Shown in pieces: positions 26,670-36,621 of a DNA stretch of 64,000 bases. Position 1 is the stretch's first letter. The number at the start of each line of letters is the position of its first letter. Where the stretch lies: positions 24,533 to 88,532 of the forward strand of contig PCXQ01000006.1 in the NCBI GenBank assembly GCA_002794035.1. The letters run 5' to 3'. The stretch comes from Candidatus Yanofskybacteria bacterium CG10_big_fil_rev_8_21_14_0_10_36_16. GTDB lineage: Bacteria > Patescibacteriota > Minisyncoccia > 2-02-FULL-40-12 > IGHO2-01-FULL-4-A. A program made the translations under genes and the position numbers. The notes beneath the pieces were generated by a model. It was not told where the DNA came from, did not search any database, and worked only from the letters and a program-made list of their open reading frames with translations.

Positions 26670-28766
26670 ATGCCCGAAGAAACAACAAAAACAAAAAAGG
26701 AATCTAACTATGGTGCCAAGGATATATATGTTCTAGAAGGTCTTGATCCTGTTAGAAAAAGACCAGGAATGTATATTGGTTCAACAGGCATAGATGGTCT
26801 TCACCACCTTATTTGGGAGGTAGTAGACAACTCTTTAGATGAAGCCATGGGTGGCTATGCCACAGAAATAGAAGTAAGCCTACTTCCTGAAGGCAGAGTT
26901 TCAGTTAAAGATGACGGACGAGGTATTCCTGTTGAAACGCACAAACAAACTGGCAAATCAGCCCTTGAGACAGTTATGACAACCCTTCATGCCGGAGGTA
27001 AGTTCGGTGGAGAATCATACAAAGTAGCAGCTGGATTACACGGCGTAGGTGTTTCTGTAGTAAACGCTCTTTCAACATACTTAAAAGCAGAAGTTTGCCG
27101 TGACGGAGCAATATATGAACAAGAATATGTAAGAGGCAAGGCAAAGAGAGCCTTAAAAAAAGTAGGTAAATGTAAAGGCACAGGAACAACTGTCACATTT
27201 GAACCTGATCCAGAAATATTCAAAGACCGAAAATTTGATTGGAATAGAATTTTGTCCCATCTGCGTCAACAAGCATACTTAACTAAGGGAGTTAAAATCA
27301 CAATAAATGACAAAAGAAACCCGGTAGAGATTGTGGGGGCAAAGGAAAATGACGGTCACGTACTCTATCCAACTCATACATTTTATTTTGAAGGAGGAAT
27401 TGTTTCTTATGTTCAATATTTAAATCGTCATGAAGACGTCAGACATTCTAATATTTTTTATGTTAATAAAGAACAAGACAACATACTAACAGAGGTAGCA
27501 TTTCAATACACCAACGACATTCAGGGCCATGAATTAAGCTTTGCTAACAATGTTCACACAATAGAGGGAGGCATGCATGTAACCGGTTTTAGAACAGCCA
27601 TAACAAGAACTCTTAACGACTATGCAAGAAAAAATAATTTCCTTAAAGAAAAAGATGATAATCTAACTGGTGAGGATATCAGAGAAGGATTAACAGTTAT
27701 AATCTCCGTTAAATTACAAGAACCTCAGTTTGAAGGCCAGACCAAAGCAAAACTAGGAACAACAGAAGCAAGAACTGTTGTTGAGTCAGTAGTAAGCTCG
27801 GAATTAGCTGATTGGCTAGATCGTCATCCAAACGATGCAAAAGAAATTCTAGGCAAAGTAATTCTTGCAGCAAAAGCCAGAGTTGCGGCAAAGGCAGCAA
27901 GAGATACCGTCATTAGGAAAGGAGCACTTGAGGGTTTTACATTGCCTGGGAAATTAGCTGATTGTTCTTCTAAAAAAGCAGAGGAGTCAGAACTGTTTAT
28001 TGTTGAGGGTGAATCAGCGGGTGGTTCATCAAAGCAAGGACGAGATCGCAGAACTCAAGCCATCTTACCTTTGAAAGGAAAGATTTTAAACGTTGAAAAA
28101 GCGCGCATAGACCGCATGCTTTCATCTCAGGAAATAAGATCTTTGGTCATAGCATTGGGTACAGCTATTGCAGATGAATTCAACATTGATAAACTAAGAT
28201 ACCACAAAATAGTGATAATGACTGACGCTGATGTTGACGGTGCTCACATAAGAACACTTTTACTTACACTATTTTTTAGATATTTCAAAGCGCTAATAGA
28301 GGGCGGCTACGTTTATATAGCACAGCCCCCACTTTACAGAATCCAAAAAGGCAAAGAAATCACATATGCCTACACAGAAAAACAAAAGATTCAAATATTA
28401 GCAAGATTAGCAGATGCACAAGAAAATAAAAAAGAAAAAACCGAAAAAAAGGCCAAAGGAAAGAGATCACAAGACGAGAAATGGGAAGTAACAGAACTTG
28501 GTTCTGATAACAATGATGAATCATTAGAAGATGAAACAAAAATTTCGGGAATCTCAATACAAAGATACAAAGGTTTGGGTGAAATGAACCCGAGCCAGCT
28601 TTGGGACACAACAATGAACCCTGAAAGCCGGATGTTATTAAGGGTTGATATTGAGGATGCGGAAGAAGCAGATAAAATATTTGATATTCTCATGGGTTCT
28701 GAAGTTTTGCCAAGGAAAAGATTTATAGAAACCCACGCAAAAGACGTAAAGAATTTAGATATATAA
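26670..28766 (+). CDS. gyrB: DNA gyrase subunit B
   Basis: GLDPVRKRPGMYIGSTG...HHLIWEVVDNSLDEAMGG; Toprim PLKGKILNVEKAR; 698 aa. Confidence 0.9.
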   Translation: MPEETTKTKKESNYGAKDIYVLEGLDPVRKRPGMYIGSTGIDGLHHLIWEVVDNSLDEAMGGYATEIEVSLLPEGRVSVKDDGRGIPVETHKQTGKSALETVMTTLHAGGKFGGESYKVAAGLHGVGVSVVNALSTYLKAEVCRDGAIYEQEYVRGKAKRALKKVGKCKGTGTTVTFEPDPEIFKDRKFDWNRILSHLRQQAYLTKGVKITINDKRNPVEIVGAKENDGHVLYPTHTFYFEGGIVSYVQYLNRHEDVRHSNIFYVNKEQDNILTEVAFQYTNDIQGHELSFANNVHTIEGGMHVTGFRTAITRTLNDYARKNNFLKEKDDNLTGEDIREGLTVIISVKLQEPQFEGQTKAKLGTTEARTVVESVVSSELADWLDRHPNDAKEILGKVILAAKARVAAKAARDTVIRKGALEGFTLPGKLADCSSKKAEESELFIVEGESAGGSSKQGRDRRTQAILPLKGKILNVEKARIDRMLSSQEIRSLVIALGTAIADEFNIDKLRYHKIVIMTDADVDGAHIRTLLLTLFFRYFKALIEGGYVYIAQPPLYRIQKGKEITYAYTEKQKIQILARLADAQENKKEKTEKKAKGKRSQDEKWEVTELGSDNNDESLEDETKISGISIQRYKGLGEMNPSQLWDTTMNPESRMLLRVDIEDAEEADKIFDILMGSEVLPRKRFIETHAKDVKNLDI

Positions 28767-28861
28767 AATCATCGTTCGAGGTTGACTTTAAAGGGCGTTT
28801 GATATATACTTGTATTATAAGTGAATGACGCCCCGGAAGGGGTTTTAAAATAGAAACATAT

Positions 28862-28952
28862 AACATCAATTCCAGTTAAGAACTCCCGATGCAAAGCATC
28901 GAGGTTCCTCAATAATCTAATCGAGGGACTCGAAAGATTTATCGGGATTTCG
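28862..28952 (+). promoter_or_regulatory. Conserved structured ~95-nt leader element, copy 1 (immediately upstream of secE)
   Basis: acatcaattccagttaagaactcccgatgc-aaa-gcatcgaggttcctcaataatctaatcgagggactcgaaagatttatcgggatttcg. Hairpins cgatgc/gcatcg, gagg/cctc, tcgag/ctcga, atcg/cgat. Copies at 29727-29800 and 34039-34134. Confidence 0.55.
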
Positions 28953-28957
28953 ATGAA

Positions 28958-29137
28958 ATGGACAAAGTCACTTCTTTTCTCAAAGATGTAAAATTAGAAA
29001 TGTCGAGGGTCAGCTGGCCCACAAAAGAACAAACCGTTAAATATACGGCCGTAGTTACGGTGATAAGTTTAATCGTGGCAGGATTTTTGGGAGGACTAGA
29101 TGTAATATTTCAATATATATTAAATAAAATAATTTAG
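28958..29137 (+). CDS. secE: Preprotein translocase subunit SecE (59 aa; below the ORF-track length cutoff)
   Basis: MDKVTSFLKDVKLEMSRVSWPTKEQTVKYTAVVTVISLIVAGFLGGLDVIFQYILNKII matches the SecE pattern (R..W P...E......VV). Sits directly before nusG. Confidence 0.75.
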   Translation: MDKVTSFLKDVKLEMSRVSWPTKEQTVKYTAVVTVISLIVAGFLGGLDVIFQYILNKII

Positions 29138-29175
29138 TTTAGGTTCAAATTGTTTTAACTTGAACCTTTGATGAG

Positions 29176-29721
29176 ATGCCTAAACAACAAGAAACAAAAG
29201 AAAAACAATGGTTTGCTATCCATACCTATTCAGGATACGAAGATAACGTTATGCAAAACCTCAAACAAAGAGTTGAATCTTTGGGTTATGAAGACAAAAT
29301 ATTTAATGTTGTAGTACCAAAAGAAAAAAAGGTTAAAATGAAAGGCGGCAAAAGATCGACTTTTGAAGAAAAAATATACCCGGGCTATGTTTTGGTTGAA
29401 ATGATAGTAACTGATGATTCATGGTATATAGTAAGAAACACACCAAATGTTACAGGATTTATAGGTGCAGGGACAACCCCAACACCTCTTGCCAAAGAAG
29501 AGATAGACAATCTCATGAAAAGAATGGGTGTTGAAGAACCTAAATATAAGATTGACGTAATGGTAGGTGATATGGTAAAAATCACCGACGGACCTTTCAA
29601 AGATTTTGATGGCCGTGTATCTGAAGTAGACATTGATAGAGGCAGAATAAAAGTTTTAGTAGCAATATTCGGAAGAGAAACACCCGTAGAATTGGATTTC
29701 CTCCAAGTTAAAAAACTATAA
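29176..29721 (+). CDS. nusG: Transcription antiterminator NusG
   Basis: WFAIHTYSGYEDNV...; KOW: VGDMVKITDGPFKDFDGRVSEVD. Confidence 0.9.
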   Translation: MPKQQETKEKQWFAIHTYSGYEDNVMQNLKQRVESLGYEDKIFNVVVPKEKKVKMKGGKRSTFEEKIYPGYVLVEMIVTDDSWYIVRNTPNVTGFIGAGTTPTPLAKEEIDNLMKRMGVEEPKYKIDVMVGDMVKITDGPFKDFDGRVSEVDIDRGRIKVLVAIFGRETPVELDFLQVKKL

Positions 29722-29726
29722 AAAAA

Positions 29727-29800
29727 ACTCCCGATGCAAAGCATCGAGGTTCCTCAATAATCTAATCGAGGGACTCGAAAGATTATCGGGTATTCAACGT
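29727..29800 (+). promoter_or_regulatory. Conserved structured leader element, copy 2 (in the rplK 5-prime UTR), followed by a long UUCG-capped hairpin
   Basis: Near identical to copy 1 (ctcccgatgcaaagcatcgaggttcctcaataatctaatcgagggactcgaaagattatcggg). Downstream: tcggtgat-tcaa-tcggc-at-ctctgc-TTCG-gcagag-gccg-atcaccga (29826-29873). Confidence 0.55.
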
Positions 29801-29964
29801 TTAACATCGATTCCAGCTAATATCTCGGTGATTCAATCGGCATCTCTGCTTCGCAGAGGCCGATCACCGACCATAGAATTGTTTTAAAGAAGCAAACCTC
29901 TCGGGAGGAAAGAAAGAACTTCTTTAAAACAATTCTACTGATATTAACTTGAACCTTCGATGAT

Positions 29965-30387
29965 ATGGCTAAAAAGATTAAAACAATTATAAAACTACAA
30001 GTAGAGGGGGGGAAGGCTACACCAGCTCCACCTGTGGGAACAGCATTGGGTCCTCATGGATTAAATATCCAGGAGTTTGTATTAAAATTCAACGAAGCAA
30101 CCAAAGATAAAGTAGGCGAAGTAACCCCTGTTGAATTAACTGTTTATGAAGATAGGACTTTTGATTTTAAATTAAAGACCCCGCCTGCTGCATTTTTACT
30201 GCGAAAAGCTGCTGGTATTGAAAAAGGTTCAGGTGAACCAAACAGAAAGAAAGTGGGCAAAGTTACAAAAGACCAAGTACGTCTAATAGCAGAACAAAAA
30301 ATGGCAGATTTAAATGCAAACGATATTGAAAATGCATCAAGGATAATAGAAGGGACTGCTCGCTCAATGGGAATTGAAATAAAATAA
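29965..30387 (+). CDS. rplK: 50S ribosomal protein L11
   Basis: [38 protein letters not shown]... Confidence 0.9.
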   Translation: MAKKIKTIIKLQVEGGKATPAPPVGTALGPHGLNIQEFVLKFNEATKDKVGEVTPVELTVYEDRTFDFKLKTPPAAFLLRKAAGIEKGSGEPNRKKVGKVTKDQVRLIAEQKMADLNANDIENASRIIEGTARSMGIEIK

Positions 30388-30412
30388 AATAAAAAAAAAT
30401 CTATTAAAATAA

Positions 30413-30446
30413 AAACCATCACGTTAATGCGTGATGGTTTTTATTT
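30413..30446 (+). terminator. Rho-independent terminator after rplK (no rplA follows)
   Basis: aaaaaccatcacg-ttaat-gcgtgatggttttt. Confidence 0.7.
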
Positions 30447-30581
30447 TAGTTTGTGTTGATAACAGCATGCTAAAACTAAGTTATAATATAAGTATATTTG
30501 GAGTTAACATTAAACAACTTAACGATATGATTATGTAAACAAAACCGCATGGTACGGTGTTTTTGGAATTTTTAATTTATT

Positions 30582-31151
30582 ATGCCAAATCAAGAACCGG
30601 GCAATATACAACTACTGCCCGCGACAAGAAAAGAAGTCAAAATAAAAAGGCGCAGAAGCTTTAAGGATTTTATAATACCAGCAGGTGCCATAGGAATTGT
30701 TTTGGCAATTTATGGCGGTTTATTTTATTACAAAAATACATTAATGAATCAACTGACAAACATTGACCAAGAAATTTTAGTAGTAGAAAGAAGCCGAGAC
30801 AAGGAACTTGAAAAGGAAATTTTGTCCCTTGAAAAACAACTAAGCATAGTAGGCCCCATGCTTAACAATCATATATTTTGGTCCAAGGGTTTAGAAAAAA
30901 TTGAATCTCTAATAAAACCCCAGATAGAAATTGAGACTCTTTCCATTGATACAGTAAAATCAGAAGTTTCTGTAAGTATTAACGCATTGAACTATTTGAT
31001 AATAGCAAAACAAATTGCTGCACTGTTTTCAGATGATGTTATTACCGCGGTTTCTTTAGGAGAAATGAGATTAGACCAAAACGGCAGAATAACCTCCTCC
31101 ATGAGAATAGGATTTGACGGCGACAAACTATTAAAACAAAGAGTGGAATAG
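30582..31151 (+). CDS. PilN-like pilus assembly protein
   Basis: N-terminal NIQLLPATRKE matches the PilN 'INLLP' motif; single TM; coiled-coil periplasmic region; 189 aa. Confidence 0.6.
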   Translation: MPNQEPGNIQLLPATRKEVKIKRRRSFKDFIIPAGAIGIVLAIYGGLFYYKNTLMNQLTNIDQEILVVERSRDKELEKEILSLEKQLSIVGPMLNNHIFWSKGLEKIESLIKPQIEIETLSIDTVKSEVSVSINALNYLIIAKQIAALFSDDVITAVSLGEMRLDQNGRITSSMRIGFDGDKLLKQRVE

Positions 31152-31194
31152 ATAATTTGCACTAAAAGTTTTTAATAAAAAATAAATTAATTTA

Positions 31195-31728
31195 ATGATA
31201 AGAAATATTTTACCTTCATTTTTAATTGGTGCTGCCTTCTTCGGGATTTTTGTGTTGGTACTACCTCAATATGATTCCATTAAAACTCTTTGGGGTGAAA
31301 TAGCATCAAGACAAGAAATATTAGACGAAAGACGAGAGGCCTTACAATCTGTAACAGCACTAGGAAGACAAATAAGGAATAGCGAAGAACTTGAAAGATT
31401 AGAGTTACTAGTCCCCACAAGCGCTAAAACAGAGGAAATAATTTCCAGCTTAGACAATATTGCTGCCCAATCAGGATTAACAATGAATAGTCTTACTGTT
31501 GCAGGCACTACAAACAACACAAAAAGAGGCGGCAGTTCCGGATATAAAAACGTACTAATAGACATTTCCCTCAATGGAAGCTACAACTCATTACTTAATT
31601 TCCTATCATTAATTGAACAAAACTTAAGGGTATACGACATAAATGAAATCTCTATGACAACTGATCGCGGTAGCTTCCTAATAAACCTAACCATTAACGC
31701 TTACCAATTAGAGGTACCCGAGGGCTAA
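31195..31728 (+). CDS. PilO-like pilus assembly protein
   Basis: Single N-terminal TM, coiled coil (EILDERREALQSV), C-terminal alpha/beta region; ordered directly after PilN. Confidence 0.5.
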   Translation: MIRNILPSFLIGAAFFGIFVLVLPQYDSIKTLWGEIASRQEILDERREALQSVTALGRQIRNSEELERLELLVPTSAKTEEIISSLDNIAAQSGLTMNSLTVAGTTNNTKRGGSSGYKNVLIDISLNGSYNSLLNFLSLIEQNLRVYDINEISMTTDRGSFLINLTINAYQLEVPEG

Positions 31729-31754
31729 TAAATAATTAATATTAAAATAATCTA

Positions 31755-32120
31755 ATGGCAAATTCTATAAGACAAAAAAGCTCTACTAAAACCATGCTAA
31801 TTATGATGGTATTTTTGGGTATAGCAGCGGGTTATATTTTTTATTTTCAAACGCTAAAAGACCAAGCGCTAAGCATTGCACCATTGCCAATTAGAACAGG
31901 CGATGATCTTACTAAGCTAAAAGATAAAAAACTTAATTTGACTGTTTTTAATAATAATATTTATAAAACCCTTCGTATTTTTGGAGAGGTTCCTGTAGAC
32001 CCAGGCATAGTTGGCAAAGAAAACCTTTTTGATCTAATAAGCGTACCAGAGGAAGCACTCCAGCCTTCTCCACAGCCTGAAGAATCTGCGCCACCAGAAA
32101 CAACCCCACAAGCTCAATAA
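31755..32120 (+). CDS. Small TM protein with a Pro-rich C-terminus (possible PilP-like component)
   Basis: Position in the operon; single TM; PSPQPEESAPPETTP tail. Confidence 0.35.
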   Translation: MANSIRQKSSTKTMLIMMVFLGIAAGYIFYFQTLKDQALSIAPLPIRTGDDLTKLKDKKLNLTVFNNNIYKTLRIFGEVPVDPGIVGKENLFDLISVPEEALQPSPQPEESAPPETTPQAQ

Positions 32121-32234
32121 CATTTAATAAAAATAAAAACTAATAAATCAGGCTATAGTACTAAAACCTTGAACAACCAAAACACGGGATATCTCAGACT
32201 TGGCACTTTTAGCTTATGGTTTATCTAAAAGTAA

Positions 32235-34025
32235 TTGCCCTATAAACAACCCACGTATCTAATAAGTGAGATAACAAAAAGGGGGCTCATAGCGCCCGAG
32301 GTTATTAGCATAGCAGAAACAGAAGCTGTTGAAGAAAACAAAGATTTAGGACAAATACTTGTTGAAAAAGAAGCTATTGATGATGACAATCTAGCAAAGT
32401 TAAAATCTGAAATATATCAACTCCCAATCGTTAATCTTCCTTCTGTTGAAGTCAAAAAAGAAGTAGCTCAATTAATTTCTGCTGATGTTATGGAATTTTA
32501 CCAGATAATCCCTTTTGCTATTGAAGGCGATATTTTAAAAGTTGCGATAGTAAACCCTGAAGACATAGATGCTCTTGAGGCATTAAAATTCATAGCAGCG
32601 GAAAAAGAGCTAACTACCGAGAAATACATAATAACATACAAGGATTTTGAAAACTTAAAAAGAAATTTAAGACCACTATCACGAGAAGTAGGCAAAGCCC
32701 TAGAATCATTCTCCCAAGAAACATCAAAAAAGGAGCTGGAGTTGGAAAAAGGAGGAGGTCTTGATGAAATCACCGTGGATGCTCCGGTAAGCAGGATAGT
32801 AGCAGCTATTGTAAAACATGCCGTTGATACAAGAGCATCAGACATACACGTAGAACCTTTTGAGGAAAGCGTACGGTTAAGATTTAGAATTGATGGTGTT
32901 ATGCAAATAATGCTATCTTTGCCAAAAAATCTTTTAGCACCGGTTGTGACTAGAATTAAAATATTATCTGAAATGAAAATAGATGAGACTCGCATACCTC
33001 AAGACGGCCGTTTCTCCACAGCTCTAGGAGATAGAAAGATAGACTTTCGTGTGTCAACAATACCAACAAGGAACGGAGAAAAAACCGTTATGAGAATTTT
33101 AGACCCGCTAGTGGGAGATATAAACCTAACGGAGCTTGGACTTGAAGGCCGCTCCCTAAAATTAGTAAGAGAAAACATAAACAAACCATTTGGTTCTATA
33201 TTAATAACAGGTCCTACAGGATCAGGAAAATCAACGACTCTTGCAGCAATATTAAGAGAAATAAACGATGAGGGCATTAACATCATAACCCTTGAAAACC
33301 CTATTGAATATTATGTAGAGGGCGTAAACCAATCTCAAATTCATGAAGAAGTAGGTTATACCTTCGCATCAGGTCTTAGACACATATTAAGGCAAGACCC
33401 AGATATAATAATGGTAGGTGAGATACGTGATGGTGAGACGGCTAATCTGGCAATTCAATCTGCCCTTACCGGTCACTTAGTATTGTCAACACTCCACACA
33501 AATGACACAATAGGCATAATACCCAGATTGGTAAACATGGGTGTTGAGCCATACCTTGTGGCCCCAACCTTAAACATAGGGCTTGCTCAGCGTCTTTTAA
33601 GAAAGTTATGCGATCAATGCAAAGCAGAAACAAAAGCTACTTCTTCTGAAGCCGAAATTATTAAACGAGCGCTTAAAAATATGCCAGAAGATGAGAAGAA
33701 AGATTTACAACAAGACAATTTCAAAATCTATAAAGCAGGCGAAGGATGCAAAGAATGCGGAGGCAAGGCATACAAAGGACGAATCGCCATATTTGAAACT
33801 CTTGAAATGACTGACCAGCTTGAAAAAATTATACTTGGAAAAATTTCAGAGCAAGCTTTTCGTGAAGAAGCTAAAAGACAAGGAATGATATCGGTGTTCC
33901 AAGATGGCATAAGAAAAGTCCTTCATGGCGTATCTTCCCTAGAAGAATTATTCACAGTAGCTCAAGAAGGACAAGAGAGCAGTGATAAAAATGAAAAAGA
34001 AATAACTAAAAATAATATAAATTAG
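32235..34025 (+). CDS. pilB: Type IV pilus assembly ATPase PilB (canonical; T2SS-E N-terminal domain present)
   Basis: N1 domain (ISEITKRGLIAPEV...LKVAIVNPEDIDALEALKF); Walker A GPTGSGKSTT; VLSTLHTNDT; tetracysteine CDQC...CKECGG. Confidence 0.85.
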   Translation: MPYKQPTYLISEITKRGLIAPEVISIAETEAVEENKDLGQILVEKEAIDDDNLAKLKSEIYQLPIVNLPSVEVKKEVAQLISADVMEFYQIIPFAIEGDILKVAIVNPEDIDALEALKFIAAEKELTTEKYIITYKDFENLKRNLRPLSREVGKALESFSQETSKKELELEKGGGLDEITVDAPVSRIVAAIVKHAVDTRASDIHVEPFEESVRLRFRIDGVMQIMLSLPKNLLAPVVTRIKILSEMKIDETRIPQDGRFSTALGDRKIDFRVSTIPTRNGEKTVMRILDPLVGDINLTELGLEGRSLKLVRENINKPFGSILITGPTGSGKSTTLAAILREINDEGINIITLENPIEYYVEGVNQSQIHEEVGYTFASGLRHILRQDPDIIMVGEIRDGETANLAIQSALTGHLVLSTLHTNDTIGIIPRLVNMGVEPYLVAPTLNIGLAQRLLRKLCDQCKAETKATSSEAEIIKRALKNMPEDEKKDLQQDNFKIYKAGEGCKECGGKAYKGRIAIFETLEMTDQLEKIILGKISEQAFREEAKRQGMISVFQDGIRKVLHGVSSLEELFTVAQEGQESSDKNEKEITKNNIN

Positions 34026-34038
34026 AGGTTTGCAATTA

Positions 34039-34134
34039 AACATCAATTCCAGTTAAAAACTCCCGATGCCTTGCATCGAGAATCCTCGATAATTAAATCA
34101 AGGAACTCGAAAAATTTATTGGGATTCCAACACA
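34039..34134 (+). promoter_or_regulatory. Conserved structured leader element, copy 3 (ends at the GTG start of pilT)
   Basis: acatcaattccagttaaaaactcccgatgc-ctt-gcatcgagaatcctcgataattaaatcaaggaactcgaaaaatttattgggattcc. Loop and stem substitutions keep the pairing (cgatgc/gcatcg; atcgag/ctcgat). Confidence 0.55.
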
Positions 34135-35205
34135 GTGGACTACCAAAAACAAATAAATGACTTGTTAATGGAAACAGCCCAAAAAAATGGGTCTGATTTG
34201 CATTTATCGCCTGGATATTATCCAACAGTTAGAATTGATGGCCGACTTATACCACTAACTGATTACAAGGTTTTAGATTCCCAAACACTGGAAAGCATGG
34301 CTTTTAGCATAATAGATGATTTTAAGAAAGACAGATTTAAAACAGAAAAAGAGCTTGATTTTACATACGAACTAAAAGGGCGAATAAGATTTAGATCTAA
34401 CTTTTATTTAACCAGAGGAAAAATAGCAGCTGCATTCAGGCTTATTCCTACTGAGATTAAAACTTTGGAGGAGTTAAGACTTCCGCCTATTCTAAAGATT
34501 TTTAGTAAGCTATCTCAAGGTTTTGTTCTTATTGTCGGACCAAACGGTCACGGGAAAACGACAACCTTGGCGGCACTAATAGATTCAATCAACAAAGAAA
34601 GGGCTGAAAAAATAGTTACCATAGAAGACCCGATTGAATATGTGTACACTCCCGACAAATGTATAATAGACCAAAGAGAGCTAGGTCAGGACACGCTTTC
34701 ATTCGGTAAAGCACTTAGATCAACTTTTAGAGAAAACGTAAACGTAATTATGGTAGGTGAGATGAGGGATTACGAAACAATGAGCGCAGCTGTAACAGCA
34801 GCTGAGACAGGGCACTTGGTATTTGGCACTCTTCACACCAATAATGCAGCTCAAACAATTCAAAGAATTGTTGATACTTTTCCGCCCTCACAACAAGCAC
34901 AGGTAATAGCACAGTTAGCAAATACTATCTCAGGAATTGTTTCTCAAAGATTAATACCTAGGATCAAAGGAGGTCAGATCCCGGCAGTAGAAGTTTTAAT
35001 AGCAAATTCTGCAGTAAGAACTTTGATAAGAGAAAGAAAATTCCAACAGTTAAACCTTGTAATAGATACGAGTTTTGAGAGCGGAATGATATCTTTGAAC
35101 AGATATCTTGCGAATCTTGTAAAGAATAAGGAAGTATCAAAAGAACAGGCAGAATTCTTCTCATTAAACCCAGAAGAATTAAAAGAATTAATGAAAAACT
35201 ATTAA
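34135..35205 (+). CDS. pilT: Type IV pilus retraction ATPase PilT
   Basis: GTG start. LHLSPGYYPTVRIDG; Walker A variant GPNGHGKTTT; GTLHTNNAAQTIQRIV; 356 aa. Confidence 0.85.
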   Translation: MDYQKQINDLLMETAQKNGSDLHLSPGYYPTVRIDGRLIPLTDYKVLDSQTLESMAFSIIDDFKKDRFKTEKELDFTYELKGRIRFRSNFYLTRGKIAAAFRLIPTEIKTLEELRLPPILKIFSKLSQGFVLIVGPNGHGKTTTLAALIDSINKERAEKIVTIEDPIEYVYTPDKCIIDQRELGQDTLSFGKALRSTFRENVNVIMVGEMRDYETMSAAVTAAETGHLVFGTLHTNNAAQTIQRIVDTFPPSQQAQVIAQLANTISGIVSQRLIPRIKGGQIPAVEVLIANSAVRTLIRERKFQQLNLVIDTSFESGMISLNRYLANLVKNKEVSKEQAEFFSLNPEELKELMKNY

Positions 35206-35233
35206 AACTTATAAATAGTTTCTAAGTTTATAA

Positions 35234-36448
35234 ATGGCAGAGTTTATTTACCAAGCAAAAAATCCAGCTGGTGAAACAGTTGAAGGGAAAATAGACGCAC
35301 CGTCAGAAAATGACGCCGTTAATTTTTTGCATGAAAGAAATTTTGTAATATTAAGCCTTGAAGAAGCACAAAAGAATATATTCAGCATAGACATTTCATC
35401 TCTATTTGAGCAGGCAAATACCAAAGACATCGTTATATTCACGAGGCAGCTAGCTACTCTACTAGGAGCTGATGTACCCTTAGTTGAAGGCATAAAAACA
35501 ATAGCAAGGCAAACAGAAAAAGAATCATTTAAAAAAATAATAAATGCCGTAGCTGCATCTGTCGAAGGAGGCGCAGCATTATCGGCTGCCTTATCTGAAT
35601 TTGGTGATATTTTTTCTGATTTTTACATCAGCTTGGTAAAAGCAGGTGAAGTTTCAGGCAAACTTAATGAAACCCTTAATTATCTAGCGGATTACCTTGA
35701 AAGAAAGGAAGGTATCAGCTCAACCATTCGAGGAGCAATGGCATATCCTGTTTTTGTTCTTATTGCCCTTGTTATTGTAATGATAATAATGATGATATGG
35801 GTTTTACCGCAACTATTGGCCATTATCAGTGATGCAGGGGTTAAAGAAATTCCCTTTACTACCAGGGTTATAATATTCACAACAGAATTTTTTAATAAAT
35901 ACATATTACTAATCGCCTTAGGAGCAATAATGGCTGGAATGGGCCTTTTTAGTTATTTAAAAACACCAGGGGGCAAGGTTTGGTTTGATGGATTTAAAAT
36001 TTCAATTCCAAGACTCGGAAGCATAATAAAAAGCTTTTATATCTCACGTTTCGCAGAAACCTTATCAACACTAATTAAAGCAGGAGTACCAATATTAAGA
36101 TCGTTACAGGTAACAGGAGATGTTGTCGGAAATTCGATTTACAAGGAATCTATAATGGAGGCTCATGAAAGCATAAAAACAGGAGGAACAATGTCTGAGG
36201 TATTCCAAAAATACCCCAATGAATTTCCGACATTAGTTACATCAATGTTATCCATTGGAGAAAAAACTGGAAGAACTGATTTTATGCTTGAAAACATATT
36301 TAATTTTTACAAAAAAGAAACCGAAAACAGCATAAACAGTTTATCTCAACTTCTTGAACCTGTAATGATTATGATTCTAGGTATAGGTGTAGCATTTTTG
36401 GTTTCGGGTATACTTTTGCCTATATACAGCTTGGTTGGATCAAATTAA
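35234..36448 (+). CDS. pilC: Type IV pilus platform protein PilC (full-length, two GspF repeats)
   Basis: 404 aa; GspF repeats (GEVSGKLNETLNYLADYL; GEKTGRTDFMLENIFNFY); three TM segments. Confidence 0.85.
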   Translation: MAEFIYQAKNPAGETVEGKIDAPSENDAVNFLHERNFVILSLEEAQKNIFSIDISSLFEQANTKDIVIFTRQLATLLGADVPLVEGIKTIARQTEKESFKKIINAVAASVEGGAALSAALSEFGDIFSDFYISLVKAGEVSGKLNETLNYLADYLERKEGISSTIRGAMAYPVFVLIALVIVMIIMMIWVLPQLLAIISDAGVKEIPFTTRVIIFTTEFFNKYILLIALGAIMAGMGLFSYLKTPGGKVWFDGFKISIPRLGSIIKSFYISRFAETLSTLIKAGVPILRSLQVTGDVVGNSIYKESIMEAHESIKTGGTMSEVFQKYPNEFPTLVTSMLSIGEKTGRTDFMLENIFNFYKKETENSINSLSQLLEPVMIMILGIGVAFLVSGILLPIYSLVGSN

Positions 36449-36621
36449 AGTTAATTTTTACTTTTTTAATATTTTATGTTTGATATTAATGTTGATAACA
36501 TTCTTGCTAGTAACCTATGATATAAAATATAATTAAATTAAATAGCTATAATATTAATTACAGCTTAAATTTTGTTTGACAGTTCGTTAGATAATAGTCG
36601 GATGTATCCGTCAATTGTCCA

